From positions 34,115,905 to 34,179,904 of the forward strand of contig JAHRHZ010000133.1 in assembly GCA_024137785.1 (NCBI GenBank): DNA of 64,000 bases, read 5' to 3'. Each line of letters begins with the position of its first letter. Position 1 is the first letter of the stretch. Shown here one piece after another: positions 13,470-24,719 of the stretch. The notes beneath the pieces are model-generated. The model was not told the origin of the DNA. It saw only the letters and a program-made list of their open reading frames with translations, and made no database searches. The DNA comes from Ginglymostoma cirratum. Its lineage: Eukaryota. The translations under genes and the position numbers were made by a program.

Positions 13470-13860
13470 AAATCAGACTTGAGTTATGTATAAAAAAAGG
13501 TTTTGCTATGCATGTATCAAAACTTGGTTCAACCATAGTTGGAAAGCTCCAAGGAGTCAATGTTGCTTTTTATAAAAAAGACATAGAGACTTTGGTGAGG
13601 AGGCAAGATGATTTCCAGAAATGATACGAAACATATGAAGTTATAGTTAAAACTCAAAAAGGATGAGCAACTGTGTTTCTTTTCTGTTGAAAAGAGGATC
13701 CTGAGGAGGTGAGTAAGTAGATGCCTTTAAAATTATGAAGGATAATGATAGAGTAGACACAGAGAGAATATTTCCTCCACATTGAAATGAAAAAGCTAGA
13801 GAACACCATTAAATAAATGCGCAGAAAAAAATAGGAAATTCAGGAGGTAATTTAGCCCAG
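13470..13860 (+). mobile_element. Highly decayed CR1-like 3' fragment
   Basis: 'tttctgttgaaaagagg...gcctttaaaattatgaaggataatgatagagtagacacagagagaatatttcc' matches the CR1 'FSLEKRR...AFKIMKG.DRVD.ERLFP' segment. Confidence 0.6.
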
Positions 13861-13935
13861 CTATCAGATAACTTGGAGTAATGTAGACTGGAGCTGCATT
13901 TTGGATCTATATGTAATCTCTGACATAGCTGACGC

Positions 13936-14860
13936 TGTGGGAATTGCCGGGAAATTTAAATTTCCAATGGGCAATCCCAAATGTATGGAAACCTCCGAAA
14001 AAAGCTCCTCAACCTCAGACAATTTAAAGGGTGCCACCTCACTTATGCTGAGTAATTACCCAGGAAAGAATAGGCGGTTAAAAATCTACTCTAAATCCTG
14101 GGAACCACTAAACTAAAGCTCCACATAGAATCCATACAGTGTGGAAACAGGCCATTCAGCCCAACATGTCCTCACCGACTCTCCAAAGAGCAACCCACCC
14201 AAATTCACTCCCCTACCCTAGCCCTGTAACCCTACCTTTCCCCCTAACTTACACATCCCTCGACACAATGGGCAATTTATCAAGACCAATCCATCTAACG
14301 TGCAGACTGTGGGAGGAAACCCACACAGACACAGGGAGAAAGTGCAAACTCCACACAGTCAGTCGCCCGAGACTAGAATTGAACCCAGGTCTCTGGGACT
14401 GTGAGGCAGCAGTGCTAACCATGGAGCCATTGTGCCATCCCACCACTAACCATCCCCTACTACAGCAACCTCAACCCTAACCTCCCTGATCAGACTTCCA
14501 CACCACCCCCACCCCAAACCCCACACTAAACCAATGATCTATCACACCCACCCAGCCCTGGTGAGCTCAATACCCACCCTAACTGAGTCAACCATACCAA
14601 ATCAACTCACCCCCTGAACCGACACCATTCCCCTTTAACAGCACACAACCTTACTGGAATCGACACCTATAGTCCAAGCTCTAACACTACCACCCCAAGC
14701 TAAACCAATCCTCCTCAACCTATACTTATCAATCATCCATTTACTTTCCTCACCTATTGTCACCCTCTTGTTATCCATCTGACACTGAATGGTGTTACCT
14801 GTTCTCAGCTACCTTACCTGCCACTCTAGCCCCTTATTTATCTTACACACTTTATACTTT
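13936..14860 (+). repeat. Copy A of an unidentified dispersed repeat (conserved head + C/A-rich interior), interrupted by an HE1 SINE
   Basis: Head motifs tgggaattgccgggaaatttaaatttccaatgggcaatccc / aacctcagac / tacccaggaa / tctaaatcctgg are shared with copies at 16107 and 19061; followed by C-rich low-complexity sequence. Confidence 0.65.
14125..14440 (-). mobile_element. HE1-type tRNA-derived SINE (near full length)
   Basis: Minus strand begins tggcacaatggctccatggttagcactgctgcctcacagtcccagagacctgggttcaattc (A/B boxes), continues with the 'tgtgtggagtttgcactttctccctgtgtctgtgtgggtttcctcc' core, and ends in a CR1-like tail 'gggctgaatggcctgtttccacactgtatggattctat'. Family name is from recall. 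Confidence 0.85.
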
Positions 14861-15224
14861 ACACATGACAAATGTGTCTTTAGGATCTTTGACTCATGAA
14901 ATATGGCAACAGGAATTATATAACATCGTCATGACTTGCATTTGAGATAGGCCACAGTCGGAAGAAAAATCACCAACAGGTAATGTAAGTAATTCCAAAT
15001 TGGCCCAATCTGTCAGACAGTAATTAGAATATCTGAGTCTATGCTGGTTATGATGAGATGAGAATCTAGAACTCATGAATACTTGGAATAGTTGAGGCGA
15101 ATAGAATAGATCAAGTAAAGGGAAGCTAGATAAATATTTGAAGGACAAGGGAAAAGAGGGTAAATTACTATTTGATGAAAAAAGGGAAAAGAGGCAGGTG
15201 AAGTATAAATACAGGCTTGGTTTG

Positions 15225-15447
15225 TGTAGTGATTGGAACCAGGTTGATCTTATTGACAATGAAACTCATGATTGGGATTATTAACCTGATCCAATTAGTG
15301 AGGCCTGGCTGAGACACATAAACAGGCGATTCATAGAGTCTCCCGACTTCAGAGACTAACTCCAAGCTGACTGGTCACAATGTACTGTGCATATTTAAAT
15401 AAAGGGTGACTTGATGATGGGATATCGACCTCTGTGCAATTACTTCA
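15225..15447 (+). mobile_element. Solo LTR of a Gypsy-type retrotransposon, inserted in a CR1 3' tail
   Basis: TG...CA termini, internal aataaa, and colinear homology to the LTR at 61792-62003 (tgtagtgattggaaccagg ... aaataaa(a/g)ggtgacttg(a/g)tgatggga ... ttca). Confidence 0.8.
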
Positions 15448-16014
15448 GCAAATGATTTGTTTCTGATCTGTATAACCTAGGTAATTCTGTATGCTGTAGG
15501 TGACACTGTCTGAGTAGTGTGAAATTGTTTACATGTTGGCTGGCTTTAGTCCAAAGGGATAGAAGAACCTGACTCCTGAATTTATGTTGTTACTTCTGCA
15601 TTGATGCACAACTAAAAGGCACTTTGCATCTGTTCAATAATGTCAGGCAGTCAGCAATCTAAAATTTGCTGCAAAAGAACATTAGGCCATCTACCAAAAA
15701 AAGCCAAGAAGCTTTGCAGCTCTACGTAATGTTATGCAAATTCCTTCATTCAATCCAAAGCTTTTTGATCTATTTGAATATTAAAACAAGGTTCATGTCT
15801 GGATGTTTGTATTGTGTTTGTTTTGCCTTTTCTTATCTGCATTTTAAACTATTTACCAGCATGACAATCATGAAGGATTATCAGTAAAGCATTTCGCCTT
15901 TGTTTGTATTTGATCAATTTTATCATCAAATCTCAGTTGTAAATCCACATTTGGAAATCAATTCATCCGGAAATCAATTCAAATTATAAAATCCAGACCT
16001 ATCTTGTGGAGATA

Positions 16015-16890
16015 TTGGCCTAGATCCTCAAGTCGTGAGAAAGTCTAAGTCTGCATGTCATCACAGGTTGTCCCACAGAACCACTCAGAAGTGTCATTGT
16101 AAGGGTTCCATGGGAATTTCCTGGGATGTTTGAACTTCTGATGGGCAATTCCCTCGTTTCTTAGGACCATACAAAAAAAACCTGAACTGGAAACCTCAGA
16201 CGTACCCAATATAGTTAACTGGCTAGTTACCCAGGAACTGTTGAATAGAGAAAGCCTGGTCTAGTGCCTGGAAACTATATACTGCCACCCCCGCACCCCG
16301 CACCCTGCCCATTCAATGTTCCTCTTGAGTCCCCTGCCCAGCCAGCGTTCTCACTGACTTGACCTAGTACAAGTCCACCAATTGACTCCTCACCAGATGA
16401 CATGGCTCTACCTTGACCCATTCTGACTAGCCGTCAACCCAACCTGACTATTTCATGACTTGAACTGTGTAGACTCAGAGCTGACCACCCCTTACAATTC
16501 ATCTGACTACCATGCAGCCCACCATAACTGCCTCATCTAAACTACTATCTAACCTTCTCATCTACCAGGCCATCCACTCACCCACTTACCTCACCTTTCC
16601 TACACCTTGTATACTTAACTTCTGTCCATAGCTTTGCAAATAAGTTTTGGAATATTTAAACTCCTTTAGTTAGCAGATTACAATAGTTCACGCAGTTGAA
16701 AACAGATGTGGCTTCTGCGGGCATACTCTGCATTAGCTCCGTCTGTGGTTTGTTGCACTGAGTTGTTTCAGAAGGAGATCGCTCGAAAAATTGAATGAAG
16801 GTATTTTTTTTTGCCTGATGTGTAACAAAAGTAAACTTTCTGAACCTAATTAGAGAATGTGTAGCTGTTAATATAAACTATTCTGGACAT
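16015..16890 (+). repeat. Copy B of the unidentified head + C-rich repeat
   Basis: tgggaatttcctgggatgtttgaacttctgatgggcaattccc (~16111-16153), aacctcagac, tacccaggaa, tctagtgcctgg, then a C-rich tract ~16285-16615. Right end is approximate. Confidence 0.65.
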
Positions 16891-17299
16891 CACGATTATC
16901 CGTGTATTCTGAAACAGTTCGCATTTATATTACCGAGTTGCGCGCAATTTTACATTTCCATTAGTGACGAAATTAGAAAGATAATTAGGTAGAAAATTGG
17001 TTTGTTGAAAAATCATCTTAGTGGCATGTGTCAGATTATGATGAGGGTAAAAATAAAATAAGTCATTACAATTCATAAGGCTGTTGAAGACTATCTTTAA
17101 AATAATTTTAAAAAAACCTATAAATTAATAAAGGCATTACAAAATTACAAAAATTTCAGGATATAAATAATTACAAAACATTGCAAAATGCTGGTCATCT
17201 TAGTTAACAGAATAAAATGAAAGGTCTTCTGCATAATCCAATATTCAAGGATGTGCTGAATTTTGCTCATGCAGTGTTGAAGGGTTTGAGGGTAGCTTT

Positions 17300-17950
17300 C
17301 AGATCTGGTACAGCGTGGCAGCAACACAGCAGTCGATCCATGTATGTATGTAGTTGTCACTTTGTTTATGGGATGTAAACAACTGAGGTTTAAAACTCGA
17401 GATAATGACTAGTTTAATACTGACACCAGAGAGTGGTTGACATTTGATGGGGTGAACAGCCATTGCCAGGTAGATGTAAATAGCTTGGGGGCATTCACAT
17501 GTCTTCATTTGACCCCTGTCATATCACACCAAATATCTCTACTAGTCAACAAAAGTCTAGAGACAAAACAGTCGTTGCCACCGTACTCCTATACTATAGT
17601 GAGACTTGCGCTGTTCGTCAGCAACACAAAAGACAGCACAAGACATTCCATCAGCAATGCCTCCACTGTATCCTCATGATTCAATGGAAGACAATCAAAT
17701 AAATGATAGTGTCCACCTTGAAGCCAACTCCACAAGCATTTGGGAAAACTCCTGCAAAATCCACTGCAATACGTTGGTGACTGTACCGGATGGCCAGAAT
17801 ACTTTCACCCGGCTATGTCCTGTTCTCTCAACTCTCAAATGGATAATACTCCAGGAGAGAACAACAAAAACATTTCGAAGACATCTTGAAGCTTTCAATG
17901 AAGTGCAGCTGCACTGACATTAATGAATTGGGAGATATATATATCAATCA
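17300..17950 (+). mobile_element. RTE-clade LINE C-terminal remnant
   Basis: ORF 17499-17702 ends 'VVATVLLYYSETCAVRQQHKRQHKTFHQQCLHCILMIQW', matching the RTE/BovB-type motif 'VV..LLYGSETW.....H...L..FHQRCLR.IL.I.W'; the next frame gives 'N.SVHLEANSTSI'. Confidence 0.75.
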
Positions 17951-18179
17951 TTCAGAATAATGACAACTTGCCCAACAAATTGCCTCTTTTTTTTTAGATC
18001 CAAACACTTTTTGACATAGTGGCATGGAAAGAAAATGAAGATATCCTGCACTCTGAATTCCACTACTTTATCAGATGGTCTGCCCATGTCACACAAAAAT
18101 ATGTGAGTTAAAAATAAACCTGTTCAATCACATGAAGATCCAATACTCCTAGGAGGCATCATTCTTGAATTTTTTTTGA

Positions 18180-18516
18180 TTTATTTGTGACATGTGGGTG
18201 TCACTAGCTGTGCTAAAATTTATTGTCTATTGGCCCCTGAGGTAAAAATCTTGCTCGGCAATTTCAGAAGACAATTACAAGTCAACCACATTGTGTGGAT
18301 CTAGAGTCATATGCAAGCCAGACCAGGTAGGGAAAAGAATGACAATCAGCAGTGGTTACACGGTCATCATTGCGATGGCTTTTATTCCCTTATTTTGTTT
18401 TACTGAATTCAAAGTTTGCAATCTGTCATGGTGAGATTCAAACCCATGAACACACAACCATAACTTGGCCTTTTCCCAATACTGGTCCATGAGATTATCA
18501 CCACACAGCCACCGTC
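18180..18516 (-). mobile_element. tRNA-derived SINE (same family as 10200 and 55795)
   Basis: 'agtcaaccacattgtgtggatctagagtcatatgcaagccagaccaggt...tgaattcaaa...ctgtcatggtgagattcaaaccc' aligns with 55875-56080. Confidence 0.8.
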
Positions 18517-18969
18517 ACTTGAATTGCAGAATAGCTGATTATGATGCAAGGACCACTGTCCTTTGAGCTCTCTGTGACACTGAAGTGTTGAAAGCTTGCC
18601 TCCTACCGTAAAGAATATTCAGAGAATCTGCAAAAATCATGAGTATCTTGATATATGCTAAATGGTGACTTGACAGCACACTAAGGGAAAAGAGTAAGAT
18701 GTTCAGTATCAGAGTTTTTAAAAGACTCTGATCATGATTAAAACGATTCTTCACAAAAGGAAAGAAAATGGCAATAACAGTTCAAAGATGCCTGAAGACG
18801 CAGCTTTAGAGAACTGCTGCAGAATATTTTTGTGCAATGATGAACTGCACCCATCTAATTCTGACCTTTTCAGAATCTCCTATTTCAATTGCTGCAATAC
18901 AGGTGCCTGCATATACAGCTGCCTTAAAACGTATCTGTCTAACTAAACTTTTGATCACTTGTCCCCTTA

Positions 18970-19910
18970 GTCCAGGCTTTTTAATTTCCCAATCATTTTA
19001 AACCAAACCTACAACTGAGGATGTGCTTTGGGACTCCATGGAAATCATAATGAGCTGATATCATGGGAAATGCTGAGGAAGTTTGAACTTCTGACAGGTA
19101 ATTCCCCAACTGCTTGGGACCCTTGTAAAAGTCTGTGACTAACAGCTAGAGATGAAGACTTCAGACTGTTCAATGGAAATTATTTGAATCGGTACCCAGG
19201 AAATGTTAGACAGATTAAAACATAGTCTAACTCTTGGCTAACTGCAGAACTATCTCCCCAGATACTTCAAATTGATCCCCTCAATCCTGCTAGAGTCCTA
19301 ACTAACCCTTTCTGATCCCCTGCAGTCACATCTCCAAACTCCCCTATTCTAACCAACCCCCACCACTAAACCCCCAAACCTCCAACTAACCCTCCCAATC
19401 ACACGAATCCGCAACAACCCGACTACAGCCCTGATCAGACCTGACTATCCCTAACATCTGGTACCACGAACCAGACCTGACCATACCTCAGCATCCAACT
19501 AGCCCCCTACTCTAGCCCCCAACCTGAACTGAATATCTTCCACCACTGAAATCCATCTCCTGACTTGACCACCTCCTCAACATCCACTGACACAACTACC
19601 TACCTGTCACCCTCACCATCTACCTCACTTACCCTTCTCCAACCCACATATATGACTCATTGTACACAACCTCCCAAACCCACTCATTCACTCACTCACC
19701 AATTCACTAACATCTATTTACTCATCAGCTGACATTTGCTTTGTCCAGACTTCTCCCCAGTGGTGCAGTACTGTGACAAAATTCTTCAACTGAAGTTTTG
19801 CGCTGCTGCTCTACAGAAGCAGGACTCAAACGATCTGTCAAGGAATGTTGGCCAGAATGAGGATGGGCAAAAATTCAAGAACAGCAGCGATCCTCCTGTG
19901 CCTTTGGGTC
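18970..19910 (+). repeat. Copy C of the unidentified head + C-rich repeat
   Basis: tgggaaatgctgaggaagtttgaacttctgacaggtaattcccc (~19064-19107), acttcagac, tacccaggaa, tctaactcttgg, then a C-rich tract ~19255-19720. Confidence 0.65.
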
Positions 19911-19914
19911 ATGC

Positions 19915-20270
19915 ATTAATTTTTTGGGATGTTAACATTGATGGTAAGCGCAGCATTTATAGGCAATTTTGAATTATCCCTGAGAAGATGGTGGGGAGCC
20001 ATCATATTGGATCGCTGCAGGTATAGGTGCATCCACAATACTATTAGGAAAGGTGTTCCAGGATTTGGATCCAGCTACGGTGAGGGAATGGTAATATAAT
20101 TGCAAGTGAGATGGCGTATGACTTAAGAGGAACTTGCAGAGTTCTGTAGTACTTCCATGCATCTTGTAGCCTTATCATTTCACATGGTGGAGCGTGTGAT
20201 TTGGAAGGTGCTGTTAATGTAAGGGCATTTTTTAATGTTTCAACAAAGGACCTTGGGATAATCTTTTTTG
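19915..20270 (-). mobile_element. LINE 3' end (CR1/L2 group) whose tail is shared with the 10200/18180/55795 SINE
   Basis: Minus ORF 19974-20162 'HSLTVAGSKSWNTFPNSIV'; colinear with 51270-51620. Confidence 0.75.
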
Positions 20271-21329
20271 TGAAGAATACAATATCAATGTAAATTGATG
20301 TGGTTGTTGATTCTATATGAAATGGAGAGACCACCTGCCAATTGTATCATGGAATGAAGCTATGGAAAGATGAATGTCGTAATATTTGGAAGCTAATCAT
20401 AGAAATCGATAAAAATGTTTGGAGATTTCTTGGAGTAACAAGTAAAATGCTTGCTTTTGTGATATAACCTTACAATATTTGGCAGTGCAGCATTACCAAA
20501 GAAATATAGACTGCACTTTAACTTTTCACCTATTTCCAATTGCGGAACATCTCCTTGTTTCTGTAAGGTACATTGAAATTGTATTGTGCCATCTACAACA
20601 GAAACCTGCTCCCTTAAACAGAATTGGTGAGTAATAGAGGGTAAAGGAAGAACAAATACATTAAAGGAGGAAAATACATAAAGGAAAGCCGAGCAATGAT
20701 GAGATAGTAAAGGGATGTGAATAAAAGGTTAGGTGAGTTTGAACAGGGCTTTAATGTTTGTGCTCCAGAAGTGCTCCAGAAGTGTCCCTTCCTATGATAA
20801 AATAAATCCACACATTCCCTACAAATAACACAAATAATAATAGTTTATTATTATTTTTTATTTGCTTCCTTCATGTGTAAATTCTTGCTAAAGCTCAGCA
20901 GCTCATTCAAGGCAAGGAAGTATCTCTGACAAACACAGATATGACATGCTTAATGGTCACCCTGGCTCAATACTTTGTTTCAATTCATGTCACTGCTGAA
21001 AATCCAGATTTATGTAGCTAGATTTACTAAACAGGCTTAACAGTGTGGCAGAAGGAGCAGTGCTGCATTAGTCAGAATATCACACCAAAATGTCGCCAAT
21101 GGTGTTTAGTGAAATTGGTTCTGAGACAAAACTGTTTACCAAAATGTTAATGCACTCTCCTAATAGCTTTGATAGGGTACTGCAAGGTTTTTCTAAGTTG
21201 CATTCTCTTGCTCTGTAGGCCATAGGTGTGAGAGGCTCATTGTCCTGTTAAAAGTTTTGAAAACAATTAAATTTGTTGAGGAGACCAGAAAAATATGCTG
21301 GTACCTTGTTTGATAACATGAGAGCAAAA

Positions 21330-22445
21330 ATTTCTATTACTCTCTGTTTTAATGCTGTCATCATTCCCTCTCTCCTCAAAACTCCAACTTTTGATTCATC
21401 CTTGCCTGAAGGGTCCAGACCCAAAACGTCAGCTTTCCTGCTCCTCTGATGCTGCTTGGCCTGCTGTGTTCATCCAGCTCTACACCTTGTTATCTCACCC
21501 CATCTAAAACCTCTCTTTCTTCTTCGAAATCATTGATTGAATTCTCGCCTCCAAAATTCGGATTTGTATCCCTGCCGCGGAATTGAAACAACATTTATCA
21601 AAGTCACAAACACTATCTTACAGCAAATTTTATCTCCTCATCCCCCTCAATCCATCTGTAGGCTTTGATAAATTTGATTAACCCATTCTCCTCAACATCT
21701 CACCACAGTTTCTAGCTGGTGGGACTGCCCTTCAAATTTCATCTATTCAATCAAAGCCAGAGGATCATCACCAATCGCTTTCTTCCAGCTCTCATGCAAT
21801 TACCTTTGGTCTCTCTGAAGGATCCTCAGGCCCCTCTTATTTCTCTTGTTAATTCCTGGAAACATCGCATGAAAATACAATGTCAGTTCTCACACTTGCA
21901 GTTTTCAAGGTCTGTCTTGCCATTAAATTGTCAGAGAGCAATCATGAAATCATATATGAGCAGATATTTCACCAAATTGAATATTGTGAATGAAAATCCA
22001 TTCTATTTCACCCCCATCATAAACCAGAGCTGCACAGCCACCAACTCCACTCATCTCCTTGACAGCAACCTGATGCTGAATCAGATTGTTTGCAACTTTG
22101 AGTCACATCTGACCATGGAATGAGCTTTCAATTAGATATGTACACTAAAACTGTGTACTTTTACTTCTGCAGTGTTGTCTCATTTTGCTCCTGTCTCAGT
22201 GTATTTGCTGCCGAATCCCTCATCCATGCCTTTGTCATATCTAGGCTTGAGTCTCTAAAGTACTTGTGGCTGGCCTGCCATGACTCTGTAAACATGACAA
22301 GACATCAAAATTCTTTTTCCCATGTCCTCGTTTACGTTAGGTTATCCCTGTGATTGCTTTCCTACAGCAACACCCAGTTAAGCAATGCCTTAATTGCTAT
22401 TGAAATACAATGCCTCAAGATGCCGTATAAATACAATTGCTGTTG
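21330..22445 (+). mobile_element. L2-clade LINE remnant (RT and 3' region)
   Basis: Decayed 'ETTFIKVTN...LLI.L..S..FD' (~21585-21680), 'AESLIHAFVISRLES' (ORF 22120-22353), and L2-like tail 'gccgtataaatacaattgctgttg'. Confidence 0.75.
21406..21496 (+). mobile_element. Penelope pseudo-LTR fragment inserted in L2, with decayed hammerhead core
   Basis: ctgaagggtccagacccaaaacgtcagctttcctgctcctctgatgctgcttggcctgctgtgttcatccagctctacaccttgttatctc is a close homologue of the reverse complement of 54206-54295. Confidence 0.8.
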
Positions 22446-23746
22446 AATGAAAAAATACAAGATACAAATATTTCCATTGACTTTCACCTTCATTGCAGGA
22501 ACCCTACAGTGTGGTATGTCCTCCACAAGCCTGAGCAAGTTAACAGGATAATTGCTGCTTTTCCAATTAAAAAAAGCACTTTAAATTTTTTAAATGTTTA
22601 AATTGGAATTGTTAGTGCAAAACATTTACAGGTGCAAAAAAACACACTAAAATTATTTGACTTTGCCCTCGTCACAGCACAGTTTTAATATGGAGCTTTT
22701 GCTTGTCAAAATATAAATCTGCCTTTTATCTTTCATACTTCTATGGATAATAACCTGTAGTTAAAGAGAAAGGACATAATGCAGGGAAATTTAATCTAAT
22801 GTTTTTTAAGTGGGTTGCAAGTTAAAACAGCTGAAATTGTTGATATGTTGTGAAGCTAGTGAGAGCCCATTTGGGATGTTTAGATAAGTAACCTACTCAT
22901 TAGCATTTCTTTAAGCCTGGATTATGAACTTAATCACGCGTACGTGAATTCTGTTATCTTTATGGAATTTGTGAGGAAAAACAAAGTGAGGGAATTTTGA
23001 TGCGATTATTTGAGCTATACATTGAATAAGGGGTGAGAAAGCAACAGACGCAAGCAGCTATCTATCGCAAGTCAATAAAGAGCGGTTGAATTTTTAGCTG
23101 CAGCGCACAGGAGGTTGAAACCCGAACAGCCCGACAGGTGTTAGCTTAGGTGATGTTTGTAGTCTTGAAAGAAGATATGATGGTTATGTATTGACAGTGC
23201 CCACCAATGTCATCACAGTTCTTAATTCCTTCAGCTTGAGACCCTTCCATAAACTTACTGGTGGTTTACGGCCACAAGTGTATCTCCCAAGTACTGGATG
23301 CTGTGTCATTCATATACACTTTGTTATCAATGAGTTATGTCTGCTTGAGCAAGCAATTGGATTTACTGCTCTGGCTGGATTGCAAGGAGGTATGGCCTAT
23401 ACGCATGGTATTCATAGTGTCCCCAGATCGTCCAGGAACAGTCATCAACTGAAAGAGATTTCAAAGATCACATGTGTTCAAAGCTTCTCGGGGATCACAA
23501 TAATGTTTTTTATCCTGCACGAGGCAAGGTCTCACAGATATTTCCATCTTGAAGTAGACTCAACAAATGACACCTTGGAGACAAGGGCTACTGACTGAAG
23601 AAGTGATAGCTAATACCTGTCAGAGATGCTAGCAATGATACCAAGAAAAGTTACAGTTATACTACTGGGCTGCAAGAATTATACATGAATACGCAATTAG
23701 CAAGGTGACAATGTGATTCAGATACCCAGGCACGTCTTGGTATGCC

Positions 23747-23988
23747 AGAGCAAATTACTGCAGATGCTAGAATCTGTATTGAAAACAAAAAATGCTGGAA
23801 AATTACAGCAGGTCATGCGGCATCCTTGGAGAAATGAAGTTAACATTTCGAGTCTAGATGACTCTTATAGATTTACACTTCACATCAGGTCTGATGAAGT
23901 GTCATCTAAACTTGAAACATTAACTTGCTGTTTCTTCATGGAACTTGCCTGACCTGCTGTGATTTCCAGCATTTTTTGTTTTCGGTAA
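23747..23988. mobile_element. Fold-back (inverted) Penelope-type terminal-repeat insertion with probable 12-bp TSD
   Basis: Arms 23781-23866 and 23897-23983 are imperfect reverse complements. ctgatga...gaaac at 23891-23918. Flanks tcttggtatgcc (23735-23746) and tcttggattgcc (23989-24000). Confidence 0.7.
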
Positions 23989-24719
23989 TCTTGGATTGCC
24001 TATCAGTAGTAGGATTTCCAACCATAATGGCAGCATAACACAGTGTCTTATCCAATATTGCACAGTCGGTATGACTGGGGCTACTCGAAGTGAAAGGTAA
24101 TGAACTTAAGAAAAGAGGAGAAGGAAGCATAGAAATAATAGAAAGACTGACAGGAGCAGCTGGAGATGTGTATGTAACAAAAGCACGGTTAGCCATACAT
24201 ACAGTTGTCTGTGTGTTAATGATGGCCTGATTCAAACACATTTCATTTCTGCTGAGGCAGTTCAGCAACAAATTCTGAATCCACTGTGCTTACTTCCAGA
24301 CATCATTACAAGGCAATCCTATCATCAGTAATGTATCATTCTCACGGTCACCTATTGTTCTTCTTCAACTCTTATTATTCCATTCTTCAAAAGGCAGTCA
24401 AAAATGAGCTCAATGGACCCAAGTAGCAGTGAAATCAATCAATTTTACACTGCATAACCATGAAACAGAACTGTGACCATGAAACGTTGTGCTAAACATT
24501 CAAGTAAATATGCTTGTACAATTATCTTTCCTTTGCCACTACTCCTATTTGCAGTAGTGCTGTAGCTTCAGCAGAGTTATTAGGGCTTGTATTATTTATC
24601 TGGTTGCTGAGACATTCTTGGCCATGTCTCCTGGTTAGAAACTTTCGACACATGCACCTGCAAATATTATTCCACATCTGCCTTCACAGAGACAGACTCA
24701 GTACTCACTTTATTTGAGT

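Noticed and set aside
14370-14440. tRNA-like sequence (also at ~56060-56154 and ~27850-27905)
   Set aside because: These are SINE heads with A/B boxes continuing into SINE bodies, not cloverleaf tRNA genes.
23191-23598. 135-aa ORF
   Set aside because: Non-ATG start, no recognisable motif or convincing splice context; cannot be supported as coding.
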